Positions 1 through 13,478 of a DNA stretch of 64,000 nucleotides are shown in pieces. The notes beneath the pieces were generated by a model that made no database searches, was not told where the DNA came from, and was given only the letters and a program-made list of their open reading frames with translations. This stretch comes from Isurus oxyrinchus. Lineage: Eukaryota. The stretch's first letter is position 1. Each line of letters starts with the position of its first letter. The translations under genes were made by a program, and so were the position numbers. Location: assembly GCA_026770705.1 (NCBI GenBank), contig JANJGN010000009.1, forward strand, positions 163,308,001 to 163,372,000, in the 5' to 3' direction.

Positions 1-429
1 GGGGGATCAAAAAAGAGGCGCACCCTTCTGCCCTTGTCCGGCCACTAGTCGGCCAGTTTTTACCTGGCAGGCTAGAGACTTGGCATCGGCCTCCCCAGTG
101 CAGGTAAAATCCCAGTGGTGGCAGAGACGGTCTTCAGAGACTGTTACTTGGCTGCTTAACTGCCTCAGTTGGGCCATGAACAATCCAATGCACAATTCAC
201 AATTCATTGGTTATCTCTTCATTGCCACAAGTTGCAGCCTGAGTTTCACATTAATAAAGATGCACGTTGCTCATACCCCTTTATACTTTCAGCAGATTCT
301 GGGCCATTATATTTTGAGCAATAGTACAGAAAATAAGATATGCCAGAGTCATTCAATATCATCACAGCCTGTGTGATCACACCTCCCAAGATGTCAACAC
401 ACATATCTGAAGACATTGTAAACCCATCC

Positions 430-1337
430 TGTGGTGAAAGTATAATTTTCATAATATTTTTTGGGTTTATTGTGAAGGAGGTTTATGGGGTAAGTATAGT
501 TGGGTCTGTCTGTGTGATTTTAATTACATTTGGAGTCAAGTAGACTGCAAGTTTAAAATCAACAAAAGAAGCTAGGTGCTTGACATACTAATGAGTAAAC
601 ATGGATGCTGGCTTAGCATGTAAGATGTGAAGGGAATTTGCATTTTTAGATAAATGAAGGGATTCGGATTTCAAAGGGATCTTAGTCTGTTTACAACTAG
701 CCAGATAAGCAAGGCTAAGGAGTGTGTTTTTTTCCCCCCAAAGGTTACTGACAATATCGGCAACATGAAAGTTTTTTTTATATTATGAGGCAGGTACAGC
801 TTCAAAGACATATGGAACAATAGAATTTACACATTAAAAAGAAAGAAACATATATAAAGGAGAATAAAAGACTATGTGGAAGAAGGCCATGTAAGGTCTA
901 AAAAGAGTGTATGAAATAGCTTTAATGAAGCCTCCAGGCATTTATGCATAAGTCTGCTATATAACAAAACTGAAGTTGGGGAAAAGCCATTTGGAATTCC
1001 ACTGTCAAGGGGTATTGTTTTAACTTTCTGGTTCTGTTTTGGAACATTGCCTTAAAGGTAGTGTGTAATTGGGATTCAGGTTAATTAGGAATTTTAGGAG
1101 TTGTAATAATAGTGAGTAATTGTAGTCTTATGTGCTTAAAATCTTTAATTTTGTTAATAAATATTTTAATTTAATTTTTAAAAAATCTCTAAAGATGCTG
1201 GTGGACTGTTTATTTCTGAATTCAGTGCACATATCTTCTCGTAATAAAAACAAATTGCAAAAGTATTGTGATGGCGCGATCAAGTTTCCCTTGTGAATTT
1301 GGTCCACCTGGCACAAATCATCTGCCACATCTTAAGA
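430..1337 (+). repeat. 5' LTR of element A
   Basis: Colinear with 9731-10661 (e.g. taattacatttggagt, gaatttgcatttttagataaatgaagggatt) and contains AATAAA signals. Confidence 0.9.
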
Positions 1338-1474
1338 AATTGGCGGTTCTTTGCTGGATATTTGAAATTCCTTGATGGGTTTGGAGTTGGTGAATCTTAA
1401 GGCTATGAGTACAAGAAGCACATTGAATTCAAGAATTGGTGTGTGGGATTTTAAAAGTGGTGAGAGTGCAAAAA

Positions 1475-4400
1475 TGGCTGTATCCATGACTAAGATCTTT
1501 TTGGAAGTAGAAGATATAACTCTGATTGAGGTATATAAAGTATCTAAGGGTAAATTAACAGAATTGGTGGACAAGTTGCAGTTGAGGCTGCCTGTGGGAG
1601 TAAAGGAAGCCAAAATTGTTAAAGTAATAGCACAGTATTTGAAGTTGGAATTGATGCCAGGTGAGTCACGGCTGGTGATAGTGAGACTTCAGTTACAAAT
1701 AAAGAAGCTTTAATTTGAACAAGCAATGGAAATGAGAAAAACTTGAACTAGAGGCAATAGAAAAAGAAAAAGAGAAAGAGAGAGTATTTCAATGAGAAAT
1801 GAAAATGTAAAAACTTGATCTCCAGGGGTAGAAGTTACTAATGGAGGAGAGAGAGAAGGAAAGAGAAAGGGAATGCAGGCTTAAAAAGCTGGACTTTAAA
1901 AAAAGATCTCAGATACTGAGGAAGGTTCTGATAATCGAAAAACCTCCTACCTAAAAACCAGTGGTGCGATATTTAAATCTGTGCAAGCTCTTCCGAAGTT
2001 TGAAGAAACAAATGGCATTCTTTGTTTCATTCAAGAAGATAGCTAAGCAGATGAAATGGCCACGAGAAATCTGGATATTGCTTTTACAGTCTAAGTTAGC
2101 GAGTAGAGCTCGTGAGGTTTACGATTCACTGTCAGAAGAAGTGTCAGTGGATTAATATGCAGTAAAAGAGGATATTTTGAGTGCACATGAGTTGGTTCCT
2201 GAGGTGCACAGGCAGAAATTTAGGAATATAAGGAAACAGCCTGGACAAACTTATACTGAGTTTGAGAGAGTAAAACAAAGTAATTTTGACTGGTGGATAC
2301 GGGCATTAAAAGTAGAGACACCATATGCAGCTCTTAGAGAAGTAACTCTTTTAGAAAAATTTAAAGATTCTATTTCTTTGGTAATGAGAGCTCATGTGGA
2401 GGAACAGAGAGTTAAAATGGTGAGACAAGCAGCAGAGATAGCTGATGATTATGAGTTAGTTCATGGATCTAAACCTTTTTTGTCACCCTTTTAAATCAGA
2501 GAAGGATATAAAGTGGGAAAGTGAAAAGAAGGTGGGTAGTCAGGGAAGAGAAAGAGTGATTGAAAATTCCCAGGAGGCTCTTTCTCAGGCTAAAAAGGAA
2601 GGTGCTGAGAGTAGAAGTGTTACTCAGGAATTGAGGTGGTCCATTGTAATAAGGCTGGGTACACACAATCAATGTGTTGGAAGTTACAGGAAAAATCTGT
2701 TACAGTAATTAGAATGCAGAAAATTTCTGGAAGTAAAATTACTGTGGGTTCTGAGGTCCCGGCATAGGAAAAGACAATGGTTTGTGTACAGGTAAAGTGG
2801 GAAGAATCAGTGATAGGTAAAGAAGTGGGAATGTGTTCAGAATTTACCCAAGGGCATTCTGAAGAGCAGGTTTCAGAGATATTTAAAGATTTTATGTGTG
2901 AAGGGGAAATCTTCCCGTGTGTACAGGGTGGAGCAGGTAAAAGTATTAAAATTTTAAGAGACACAGGGGCTGGTCAATCCTTAATATTATAGATAGGGAT
3001 AATGGTTGTCCAAAGGGAGAAACTATTGCAGTCACACAAAGCTTTTTGTGGTAATAAGCTGGGGAGGGCAAATTTAGCTACGCATGATTTAAGTGTAGGT
3101 GATTCATTTTCAATAAGACAATATCCTTATAGATTATGTACAGTAAAAAGTTATCACAAGTACAGAAAGAAATTGAATTCATGCTTCAAATGACATCATT
3201 GAGTCTAGTTACGGTAATTGGAGTTTGCCTATTGTGATGGTACCGAAACCAAATGGAACACAAAGGCCAGGATTTTCCCCTCGGCGATTTGGGTGTGGGG
3301 CCCGGTCACCGATGGGAAAATGACATGGGATGACATCGTAAGGAACCCCCAACGTCATCCCGGTCCATTTAAATTTTTAAGAAGGTGGACGGATAGCGAA
3401 ATCAGCTGTCTGCCCGCCAACCTGTCAATGGCCAACTGAGGCCATTGACAGGCTATTTAAAGTAATTAAAGGCCTTGCCCATCCAACCTTCAGGCTGGCG
3501 GGCAGACCAGGAGCCCCAGCGTGCTCCAGATTATTGATGAAACTTCATCCACTGGCGGGATGAAGTTTCATGTCCGTATCGTAAAAAATTAATGAAGTGT
3601 ATGTGTTCTTTATTAACATGTCCCATCTCATGTCAGATGAGGGGGACATGTTAATAATTTTTTAATGTTTCTATTTTTAATGTTTTTGACACTGTCAGTG
3701 ATCTTCCTTCAGGGAGAAGTGCGCTCTTTCACACGCATGCACGGAAGAGCACACTTTGACAGCTGGGGATTTCCTCCCCCCCGCACAGAAAGTGCACAGC
3801 GCTTCCTGTCGGGGATGCCGCTGGGTGGGGCCTTAATTGGCCCGCCCACTTAAATAGGGGGAGGGCCCCGTTTCGGTGGCGGGGATCGGCTGCCTGCCCA
3901 CCGCTGAGCCAATGGAGCCCACCCGCCATCCAAGGGCAAGATACTGCCCAAGGAGTGTATGTGGATCATCGAAAGGTGATTGCAGTGACAAAAGCGGATT
4001 CATATCCTATAACATGGTTGGAAGATTGCATTGGGAAAGTAAGACGGTGAAGGTTTATTACAAAGATTGACTTGCTGAGAGGATATTGGCAAGTACTGTT
4101 ATCGGAGAGATCAAAGGAGATATCAGCTTTTGTGATGCCAGGTGGACTATATCAGTTTAAAGTTATGCCATTTGGTATGAAAAATACACCCACAACATTT
4201 CAAAGACTGACAAACAAAGGAATTGCAGGACTGAGCAATTGTGCTGTTTATATTGACGACTTGATAGTTTTCAGTCCAAAGTGGGAGGAGCATTTACAAC
4301 ATCTGGAGGAATTATTTAATCAACCGCAAGAAGCTAATTTGGTGATGAACTTGGCTAAAAGTGAGTCTGCAAAAGTGCAAGTTACATATCTAGGCCATAA

Positions 4401-5050
4401 CATTAGGCATGATAAGGTGGCTCCAAGAGATGTGAAAGTCAAGGCTATCGTGGATTTCCCAGTGGTCTACCACAAAATGAGAAGTTTTGAGATTTCTGGG
4501 CATGAATGGGTTTTACCGGAAATTTGTGCCAAATTTTAGCCAAGAGTTTTCTCCACTGACTGAACTACTATAAAAGCACAAGAGTTTTAATGGACATAGA
4601 AGTGTCAGAAGGCATTTGATAGTTTAAAAACTGTATTGATTACAACACCAGTTTTGGTAGTGTCCAATTATGTCAAGAAATTTAAGCTGAGCATTGGTGC
4701 AAGTGATGTAGGCATTGGTGCTGTACTGTTACAAGAAGCTGAAACTGGAATTGGGAAAACGATGGGGTCCTTTTCGCGAAAGCTGAATGTAATATAGAAA
4801 AATATTCAACACTCGAAAAGGAGACTCTGGGTCTGGTGTTAACGTTGCAACGTTTCAGGGTCTATGTTGCAAACAGATCATCAGGGATAACTACGTATGC
4901 AGATCACAATCCTTTAAAATTTCTGGACAAATTTTGAGACTGGAATGCGAGGCTGTTCAGGTGGAGTTTATGGCTGCAGACAACTAATTTACAGGTTATG
5001 CATGTGGCCGGACCAGAAAATATATTTATAGATGCCTTGTCAAGGGATTA
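1475..5050 (+). pseudogene. gag-pro-RT-RNaseH of element A (frameshifted, integrase absent)
   Basis: Gag KWPREIWILLLQSKL and Zn-knuckle remnant near 2640; protease ILRDTGA near 2955; RT MPFGMKN and YIDD (4072-4539); RNase H ending DALSRD* at 5050. Confidence 0.88.
3265..3949 (+). mobile_element. Harbinger-family MITE inside RT of element A
   Basis: Termini GGCCAGGATTTT...AAGATACTGCCC. Removing it plus 3 bp (aaa/aag) restores the RT frame PKPNGTQRVYVDHRKV. Confidence 0.85.
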
Positions 5051-5580
5051 AAGCTCAAAGGGAAATTGGACATTTAAAACACGGGCCAGAATTTTCATGT
5101 CGGAGTGTGGGGGCGGGTCCTGCACGTTAATGTGTAAATTGATGCGCGGAGGGGTCAGGCGAGCATCCCAACGTCACCGCGCTCCATCGCGATATTTCGG
5201 TGGGCAGACACGCGACGATCTCCGATGCGCACCAGCCGTTAAGTAACGGGCCACCTAAGGCCCTAGAGACACCAATTGATGCCAATTTTTCGGGGCCCGT
5301 GCGATCTTTAGGTCCTTGCAAGGGCGCAGGGGGCAGGCGGGCAGGCCACGTTTTCATAAACCTCATCCACGGGCTGGATAAGAAGGGTGAGTGGGGTCGC
5401 GAGTGCTGTTTGTCAGACATTTAAAGCTTAAATTTACCACTGCTTGCCTGTGTGAGCAGGAATCCTTCAAAACTCTTCACAGCTGCTTGGGCAGGAGTAA
5501 CCAGCTTCAGGTCAGGGCTCTGGAGTAAACGTCATTTCTGGGGCCTTGCTGGTTTTAGGAAGCCTTCCCTTAGCCTGGGA

Positions 5581-6761
5581 ATGGGAGGTGACCTCTCCAC
5601 TAGAGGCACCTCCTCTGAGGGGGAAGGGAGGACGCCAGAAGAGGGAGGATGCCAGGAATCCACATTCAGCCTTTGGGAGGAAAGCAGGCACAAGGGGATC
5701 AGGGCCAGCTGGAAGTCCAAGGTGGAAGGGGCCGCAGAAGACGCCATTGTCCTGCTGCCAAGGTCTACAGGCAGAGAAGCAGCTACCTCAATATGTCTAA
5801 GGTGAAATGCCGAAGGAGGCTCCGTCTCTCGAGGGAGGCAGTGACCTCCATTTGTCAGATGATAGGCCCAGAGATCTGCACCAACTGTGTGGGTGGGCAC
5901 CCCATGCCAGTAGCGTAAAACGGCTGCCCTCAACTTCTATGCCTCCGGCTCATTCCAGGGGTCGGTGGGTGATCTTTGTGGTGTAACAGCTGTCCACACT
6001 TGTGTCAAACTGGTGACAGACGCTCTGTTCAGACGGGCATTGACTTTCATCCACTACTGCTGGGACGAAGCCAGCCAGACTGAGCGAGCCAGAGTCTGGC
6101 CTCCCCCGTGTCCAGAGTACACATGTGGCCATCAAGGCACCAGCAGCTGAGCCTGGTGCCTTCATCAACAGGAAGGGCTTCCACTCCATGAACGTGCAGA
6201 TAGTGTGTGACCATAGGATGCTGATTCTACAAGTCTGTGCAAGGTACCCAGGCAGCTCCCACGACACCTACATCCTCAGACACTCCCAGGTGCCGGGGCT
6301 CTTCAGTGCTCCAGCCCGGCTGGATGGATGGCTGCTGGGTGACAAGGGCTATCCCCTCAGAAGGTGGTTCATGACACCTCTCCACCATCCAAGAACAGAG
6401 GCTGAGCAGCGGTACAGTAGAAGACATGCCTTCACAAGGGCTGTGGTGGAGAGAGCCATCAGTCTTCTCAAGATGTGCTTCCAATGCCTGGACCGCTCTG
6501 GGGGCGCACTCCAGGACCCCCCAGATCGTGTGTCACTGATAGTGGTTGCATGCTGCACTCTGCACAATCTGGCACTGGAAAGGGGGGATGCAGTGGAGGA
6601 AGAAGATGTAGACGCAGTGGCTGCAGCTGCACAAGATGAGTCCAGCAGTGAGTCCGAGGATGAGCACACAGGGAAATGCTGAGGGGGTAGACGCTGACCT
6701 GGGCATACTCCAGGGAGGCAGGGACACCTGGGAGACTTTAATCCAATGAACCTTCAGCTAG
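5581..6761 (+). pseudogene. Harbinger DDE transposase (HARBI1-like), disrupted
   Basis: Motifs ALNFYASGSFQ, NRKGFHSMNVQ, YPGSSHD, LLGDKGY, VVERAISLLK and CCTLHN; frameshifts and a stop upstream; AATAAA at about 6866. Confidence 0.92.
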
Positions 6762-7104
6762 CACAACACAGATGGACCTCCAGGACACGCCAGGTCTGCA
6801 GGCTACAGATGTGATAACTGAGAGCAACATCTGCCTGGTTAGGAACATTAACTATGTGCCTTGTCAATAAAGCTCAATGACAAACAAGTCACTCATAACA
6901 TCAGTGGTTACTGTCCACCTGCAGGAAGTAAGGAATCACCCTGAGCCTCGCTCACATACAAACATTTAATGAATTAACAAAATGAAGCAGAAAAGAAACT
7001 GAATGCAAAGGTGTTCAGCATCACACCGACTTATCATCAACTAATAGCGGGGCAACATAAAACCACCAGTGAGAAACCCGTGGTGTGCCTAAGGTGCCTT
7101 AAGT

Positions 7105-9287
7105 TTATGTTTCCAGGTGCTGCGTCTTGGTGCTCCCCCCTCGCTGGCGCTGGTATCTGAGCCAGCTGCTGACTCTGCTGTCCTGTTGGCTTCGATGACC
7201 TTGGCGGTTGTCCTCTGGCCTGTGGAGCCTTTGATGGCCCCGCCTGGGAGGGAGCGGCCAGTTCCACGATTGGCATCTCCCCAGTCCCCGCAGCCTCATT
7301 AGTTCCCATGGTCACTGTCAGAGGGGAGGGGAAGAGCTGCTACCCCCATCTGGAGCTCCCTGAAAGGGGTCCACAGAGGCAACAAGAGGCTCCAGGGAGG
7401 TCGCATCGGACCTCCCTGCTCACCGTGGATGGATGGGCACCGAGCTGGGATACTTGGTACCCAATCCATCTCCCACACTGGCACTGACCAGCTGAGGTCA
7501 ATGCCGATGTGAGGGCTTGCTGGTCCAAGCGCAACCCCAGGAAGCCCTGATTGTTCTCCTGGAGGAGCCTCTCCATGAGAGTCGCCATTCTCTCCATGGA
7601 GAAAGCATGGTGCTCGGCCATGAGGCTCAATGCATCAGTGATGCTCCGCATGGGCTCCTCCAGCTATGCCACGCATATCCTCATGTATCTCTGCCAGATC
7701 CTCCCATACACCCTGCTGGACTTCCAGCTTCTGCTGCCTCAGGGGCGACTCCAGAGGCCCATCATTAGCCACCGACAGACCATGTGCCTGGTCCCCAGCA
7801 GTCCTCCGACAGCCGGCACCCTGGGCACTCTCCTTCTCGCTTGCACTCAAGCGAGTGTGAAGTGCCCTCACCACCGTGCCCCGGGACACTATCTGACAAT
7901 CTAATTCCCACCGAGGTGCTAATATCTGCACTGGTGCCTGCCTGGCAGAGATGGCGAGATGCTTGTGATTCCATTTCTTTTGGGCCCTCAGGTGTGAGAG
8001 GTGACCCCTCTGCCTCCTCCTCCCAGCCCTGCTCCAGTGATGCTGAAAGGAAGAATAAGGGCATTTGATTCGTTCGAGCAGAGACAATGGCAATATGCCT
8101 GCCTGGCCCCCGGATCAATGTGCACTCATCCTTCCATAATTAATGGTCAACCCATGTTGGAAACTTCAATCACTGAACATTCAACAGTGGAATGGCTGCC
8201 GGGGCACACATGGTGACCTTAGTGCACGGCAATCTTAACCCCCTGTGGCACTCCAGCCGCACCATCACCGGTGGACATGGGCGCATGGCACGTCTCCAGC
8301 TCCATCACCTCCTGCTCGCATCTGGTGCTTATGGTCAACCAGGCCTGGCCTCCGCCAGTCGGCATCCACTCAGACCACGTTGTGTGTGGTCTTCTCCTGG
8401 AAAGGAGAGAGGAGCATTGATTAGTCCAGCCTGTACCTGGATTCCCATCGTATCCCTGCCACCCCCACCTGAGTGGGACATTGCCGGGCTCCAGTGAATT
8501 GTCACCCCGCAGCTGCCGCACATTCACATCAAGAATCCAGGGCTGACCACCCCCTTACCCACATATGGCCTCCATCACATTTGGCACCACACGGTCTAAC
8601 TTTGCAAAGCATGGACGCACAAGCACGTGGAATGCCAAGGGCAGCAGATGGATTGGTGCCCCGCCACCTGGAAGGTCCCCTCCTTGCAGGTCAGCAGCCT
8701 GACTTTGACATGTTTTGCTGTTCCAGCACTGCGCCTGGGTGTAGGTCCTTGAGGTAGCCCCCCAAACAGTACTGGGTGTTAGTCTAACACATGCTGTGGG
8801 TGCAGAGGCCATCTCAGCACTACCCTCTCAGGGTGAACTAGGCATGGGCAATATCTGCTGGCCCACCCAGCGAGGGAAACATGCTATTCAATGCTGCCAC
8901 TGCACTCAGAGTTTGGGGGGGTGGGGGGGGTGGCTGTGTGGGGGCTGGTGGTGGGGTTGGGGAGAAAGCCTACCTGTTGAGTTAAGTGACCTCTGCCAAC
9001 ATGGTACTCACCCTCCCTGAGTACAAGAGGTGGTTGAAACACTTGCGGCACTGAACCCACGTGCATCGTACCACGTCATGGGAGCTGACTATGTCTGCCA
9101 CCTCCTCAGGTAGTGGGGGGCCTCCTCCTCCCATCCCTCAGAACTAGGACCTCCCGCCGTGCTGCCACCTCCTCCAGGAGGGCAGCTAGGCGCTCATCAG
9201 AAAAGCGAGAGGCACCGTGGGCCGCTAACCTACCCTCCTGCCTGGCCTGCTCACCAGCAATGATCTGGGAGCCCTCCCACTGACCAT
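7105..9287 (-). pseudogene. Harbinger Myb/SANT-like DNA-binding gene, about 3 exons, disrupted
   Basis: Exon 1 RFSDERLAALLEEV...WVQCRKCFNHL ending at GTGAGT (9006-9011). Exon 2 from 8396 EKTTHN...TGGG. Exon 3 acceptor near 8043. Confidence 0.75.
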
Positions 9288-9730
9288 GCTGAATAGCCTT
9301 TGAAAGGCTGCCTGCACGCTATTTGAACAGGCCGCCGGGTCACCTTTGGACCGGGCAGCCATTGCATTCCCACCGCCTCCCGCCCACTCCCGCTATCCTC
9401 AGGAGCAGCGTTTATGCAGGGCAGGCCTTAATTGGCCCACCCATGTAAAATGGCGGTGTGGAGCCAATCACAGGCAGCGATCAGCTCCGCACCGGCCCAC
9501 ATCCACTCCCGAACAGCCGGACCGGTGAGGAGAAAATGTATATATTTGCATTTGGATATTTAGGTATGTATATATTTGGATTTGTATATATATTGTTATG
9601 TTTAATGCATGCATCTGGTAATGTAATAGTTTGGGCATATGGATAAGAATAGTACATAGTGTAAGATGGGTTAAAGAAATGAAGCCGTCTTTTAAAATTA
9701 TGACAGTTCATTTTCTCATAAGGATTGAGT

Positions 9731-10661
9731 TGTGGCACAAGTGCAATAATTTTCATAATATATTTCACATTTATTGTGAAGTAGGTTTATGGGGGTAAGT
9801 ATAGTTGGGTCTGTCAGTGTGATTTAATTACATTTGGAGTAAAGTAGACTGCAAGTTTGAAATCATCAAAAGAAGCTAGGTGCTTGACATGCTGATGAAT
9901 AAACATGGATGCTGGCTTAACGTGTAAGGTGTGACATGTAACGTATAACATGTAAGGGAATTTGCATTTTTAGATAAATGAAGGGATTTGGATTTCAAAG
10001 GGATCTTAGTCTGTTTACAACTATCCAGATAAGCAAGGCTAAGGAGTGTGTTTTTGCCCCCAAAGGTTACTGACAATATTGGCAACATGAAAGTTTTTAC
10101 ATTATGAGGAAGATAGTTTCAAAAACATATGGAACAATAGAATTTACATATTAAAAAGAGTAAAGGAGAATAAAGGAGAATAAAAGGCCATCTAGAAGAA
10201 GGCCATGTAATATTTAACATGAGTTTGTGAAATAGCCTGAATGAAGTCTCTAATCTGCTATATAATGAAACTGAAGTTGAGGAAAAGTCATTTGAAATTC
10301 CGCTGTCAAGTGAGTATTGTGTTAACTTGCTGGTTCTGTTTTAAAACTAAAATCTAATTTGGAATATTGCCTTAAAGGGAGTGCCTAACTGGGGGTGAGA
10401 TTATTTAAGAATTTTTGGAGTTGTTATTAGTACTAAGTAATTGTAGTCTTATGTATGTGTTTAAAATCTTTAATTTTGTTAATAAATGTTCTACTTTAAT
10501 TTGTAAAATCTCTAAAGGTCTTGGTGGACTTTTTAACTTCTGAATTCAGTGCACCCATCTCCTTGTAATAAAGACAAATTGCAAAACCGTTGTGATAGCA
10601 TGATCACGTTTCCCTTGTGGATTTGTTCCACCTGACACACATCATCTGCCACGTCATAACA
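9731..10661 (+). repeat. 3' LTR of element A
   Basis: Direct repeat of 430-1337, ending CATAACA. Confidence 0.9.
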
Positions 10662-12158
10662 CTCCTTACAGCAATTGTCCACAGGTCATCAAAGAGACAG
10701 ATATAGAGCTGTGCCATCTATTGCAAGTCTATCTGCAGCTAATAAGCTGCGTAAAGCTGGGACAGCTAGTGACAGCAATGTTCAGCTGAGGCCTCCATTC
10801 TGGAGGCACATGAAGGGAGGAACTTTCTGCGAGTCCATGTCACTGTCAATAATGTTAATAAGCAGGATATTGTGGGGAGTGCACCCTGTGACACTCGAGG
10901 TCCCAACAATAGTGTTCGGCACCCACCCATTGACCACAATTCCTGGGAAGGTAAACTCCTGGGTCAGGCTAATCCACAGATTGTGGGGGGATTCACTGAA
11001 CCATTCCATGTACACCCTACTGAGGAAGGAACTTTGTGACAGGACCTTACGCTGCAACTGTTTCCCTCCGAAGAATGGACATTTCAAAAGCTGCTGAGTG
11101 CACATCCAACAGAAAATGGGTTTGACACAGAACATGTCACTTCACAGGATCTCTATCTATTTGGTCAGGTATTCTTTATGTTGTTAATAAACACTGCATT
11201 AACTGCTTCATCTGTGAATCTAATTCACATACTCTACACTCTATGGGAAGGAGAGAGACGATGAATCTTCCTGACAATTAACACTTGCACAAATTGTTTA
11301 TTTTGCATTCTAGCTCAAGGGTTTTTAACCAGGGGGTCCCTGAAAATGTTTCAAGGGGTCCGTTTTGAATAGGCTGATAGAAACTAAAGCAGGTGATTAA
11401 TGACCAGACCCAGAATGATGCTGTCACCCAGTGACTTCCCCAGGATCTGTTGCTATAATGATCTCCAACTGAGCAGAGTTTCACTTTCTGCTTTATTCGT
11501 TTTAACAGAGTCCCCGAGTGTTCCTCACCCTGAACTAGGCAGGGGTTGAGAAGCAATTCTGAAACAATCCCCCTTCAGTTGGTGAAATACATGATTGTGT
11601 CTGGTGAACAAGGAGAAGCAGATTAAACTGTCACTCAGATTTGTCTATTTATATGTCACCTGAAACATTTTACCTTTACTGCAAAATACCTGATACAGAA
11701 CATCAGGAATTACAGGTATGAGATGAGGAAAATCTCTTCACACAACTGTTCAATCTCCTGAATATAAAGAAAGTTGGAACAAGTACCTCTAATCCCAGGG
11801 ACTTTGTGGAATCTATAATAAACATAATGTGATTTTAGCATAGCTCCATGCAAAAAAAGGGAACATGTTGAGGGAGAGTGAAACAAAAATTCAATATTTT
11901 CAGACCCTTCTAGGAACTGGAACAATTAAAAGCATCAACAGACTCACTCAGAGCCGGATACTAAGTGCCCAAGCAAAATGAGAAAGGGGCCACTGAGAGA
12001 CCAATGGTTCCGGTAAGTCAGGGTCAAGAAACAAGTACAGGGTCCTGCTATTGATACACTCACCACCAACTACAATATGGGAAATGCACATCCCCATATC
12101 AAAGGGTTTAGCAGAGGTATCCTGTTACAACCAGTCCCCGGGCGAGGTTCTCCCAAGT

Positions 12159-13208
12159 TGTTATGCACCCAGGTGAGAGGGGTTGAACTGGTTCTCCGTC
12201 TTTATTCAAATCCCTTGCTTAGTCACAACAAGGTTTAATTTGAAAAGGATCCCTTCCCTCATGGATGCCTTTTCCCAGTCCAAATATATTTTTGTTTTAG
12301 AAGGAACCAATTTAACCAGGCTTTCTTGAGTCAAAGAAAGAGTGAGTTTATTAATTACTAAAACCTAAGAAAAAGAAATAAAAACACAACATAGACACAC
12401 ACAGGTCATAAATGAGAAACTGACTCCCAAAATAAAAGTTAAAAAAGATATACGAATCAGTCTTTGGCCTGTCCGTGGGGAATATAAGGCAAAACATTGC
12501 ACCTGTTAAGTTGGGTGATTCTTCTGGAGCTGACTTTGTCAGTTGAGCAATTGGTTTGGAGACACTTGGTTCTGTAGGTCCTGCCATGTCCTTCTTGACT
12601 GTGAATTTGCTGACTTGTGTCTTGCCTCCAGCCACAGAGAAAGACTTGTTTTACTTGCAAGCTGCAGGGATGTCTGGTTGATCTTCTTCAGCTGTGACCT
12701 GCACAGCGCAGACTCGCACACCAGAACGAGAACACCAGAACTGGCACACCCAGATCAGGTCTGCAGCTGGCTTTTTAAACCCTTTTCTTGTGTATTTCTG
12801 GAAGCCAAAAACAAACATGTTTTTTGCCCTGAATCTGTTATCTTTCAACTTAGATCACTTCCACATTCTGAGATTTAACTCAACCTTAGATGAGTTTCTG
12901 CTGAGGTAATAAGCCTCCATTGTCTCCACATCCACAGGAGGTTAAAGGGCAGTTTTTTTGGCATTGCATCTCTTCCTTTGAAGTGTCTCTGTCTGAAGTA
13001 GGCCTTGACACCTTTAAAATGCAACATTCCATGTTCCCTGGACAAGTCGGTCAAGTGCAATCCACATCGGAATTTTCCGGCAAGTGGTTATTTTATGTTC
13101 TCATTCAGCTTTGGCTTGTACATCCTGTTTTTTTAAAAAAAAACTTATCTTCCTTTAAAAGTTCAATGTGCTTGGAAGTAATTCGGGCTATGATCCGCTG
13201 TCATGACA
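12159..13208 (-). repeat. 3' LTR of element B
   Basis: TGTTATG...CATGACA termini, minus-strand AATAAA signals, located just downstream of the RNase H stop. The left boundary could instead be 12123. Confidence 0.65.
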
Positions 13209-13304
13209 CGTACCCTACACAATGAATGGGAGAAAATATATGATAAAAAACAAACACATTCACACACACTTACATTCTCCTAGCCTTGATCAACATTATT
13301 TTTC

Positions 13305-13478
13305 TGCTCTGACCGGGTCTCCCCTCTCCTTGGATTCACCTAGTTCTGTCGAAGGGTCATGAGGACTCGAAACGTCAACTCTTTTCTTCTCCGCCGATGC
13401 TGCCAGACCTGCTGAGTTTTTCCAGGTAATTCTGTTTTTGTTTTGGATTTCCAGCCTCCGCAGTTTTTTCTTTTTATC
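13305..13478 (+). mobile_element. Penelope-like element terminal fragment
   Basis: gaagggtcatgaggactcgaaacgtc...gatgctgccagacctgctgagtttttccag; near-identical copy at 54701-54794. Confidence 0.7.
13342..13380 (+). ncRNA. Minimal type-I hammerhead ribozyme motif (core variant)
   Basis: AGTT-CTGTCGA-A-GGGTC(atgag)GACTC-GAAA-CG-TC-AACT. Stems I and II pair and stem III is palindromic. The core reads CUGUCGA instead of CUGANGA. Confidence 0.65.

Larger units (their letters stand above)
5084..9538 (+). mobile_element. PIF/Harbinger DNA transposon copy 1 (transposase plus Myb/SANT gene)
   Basis: Left end GGCCAGAATTTT. Convergent transposase and Myb-like genes. Right terminus eroded and approximate. 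Confidence 0.88.
430..10661 (+). mobile_element. Gypsy LTR retrotransposon A (Gmr1-like, degenerate), with a nested MITE and Harbinger
   Basis: Direct repeats at 430-1337 and 9731-10661 (TGTGG...TAACA/TAAGA). PBS-like TGGCGG follows the 5' LTR. Near-TSD atcc/ctcc. Internal gag, protease, RT and RNase H remnants. Confidence 0.9.

Noticed and set aside
1-210. GC-rich repeat-like fragment at the window start
   Set aside because: Truncated by the window edge and cannot be assigned.
6125-6682. Host HARBI1 gene
   Set aside because: Multi-copy, disrupted, TIR-flanked and paired with a Myb gene, so it is a transposon.
10675-11135. Overlapping 140-aa and 117-aa ORFs
   Set aside because: No recognisable motif or splice support.
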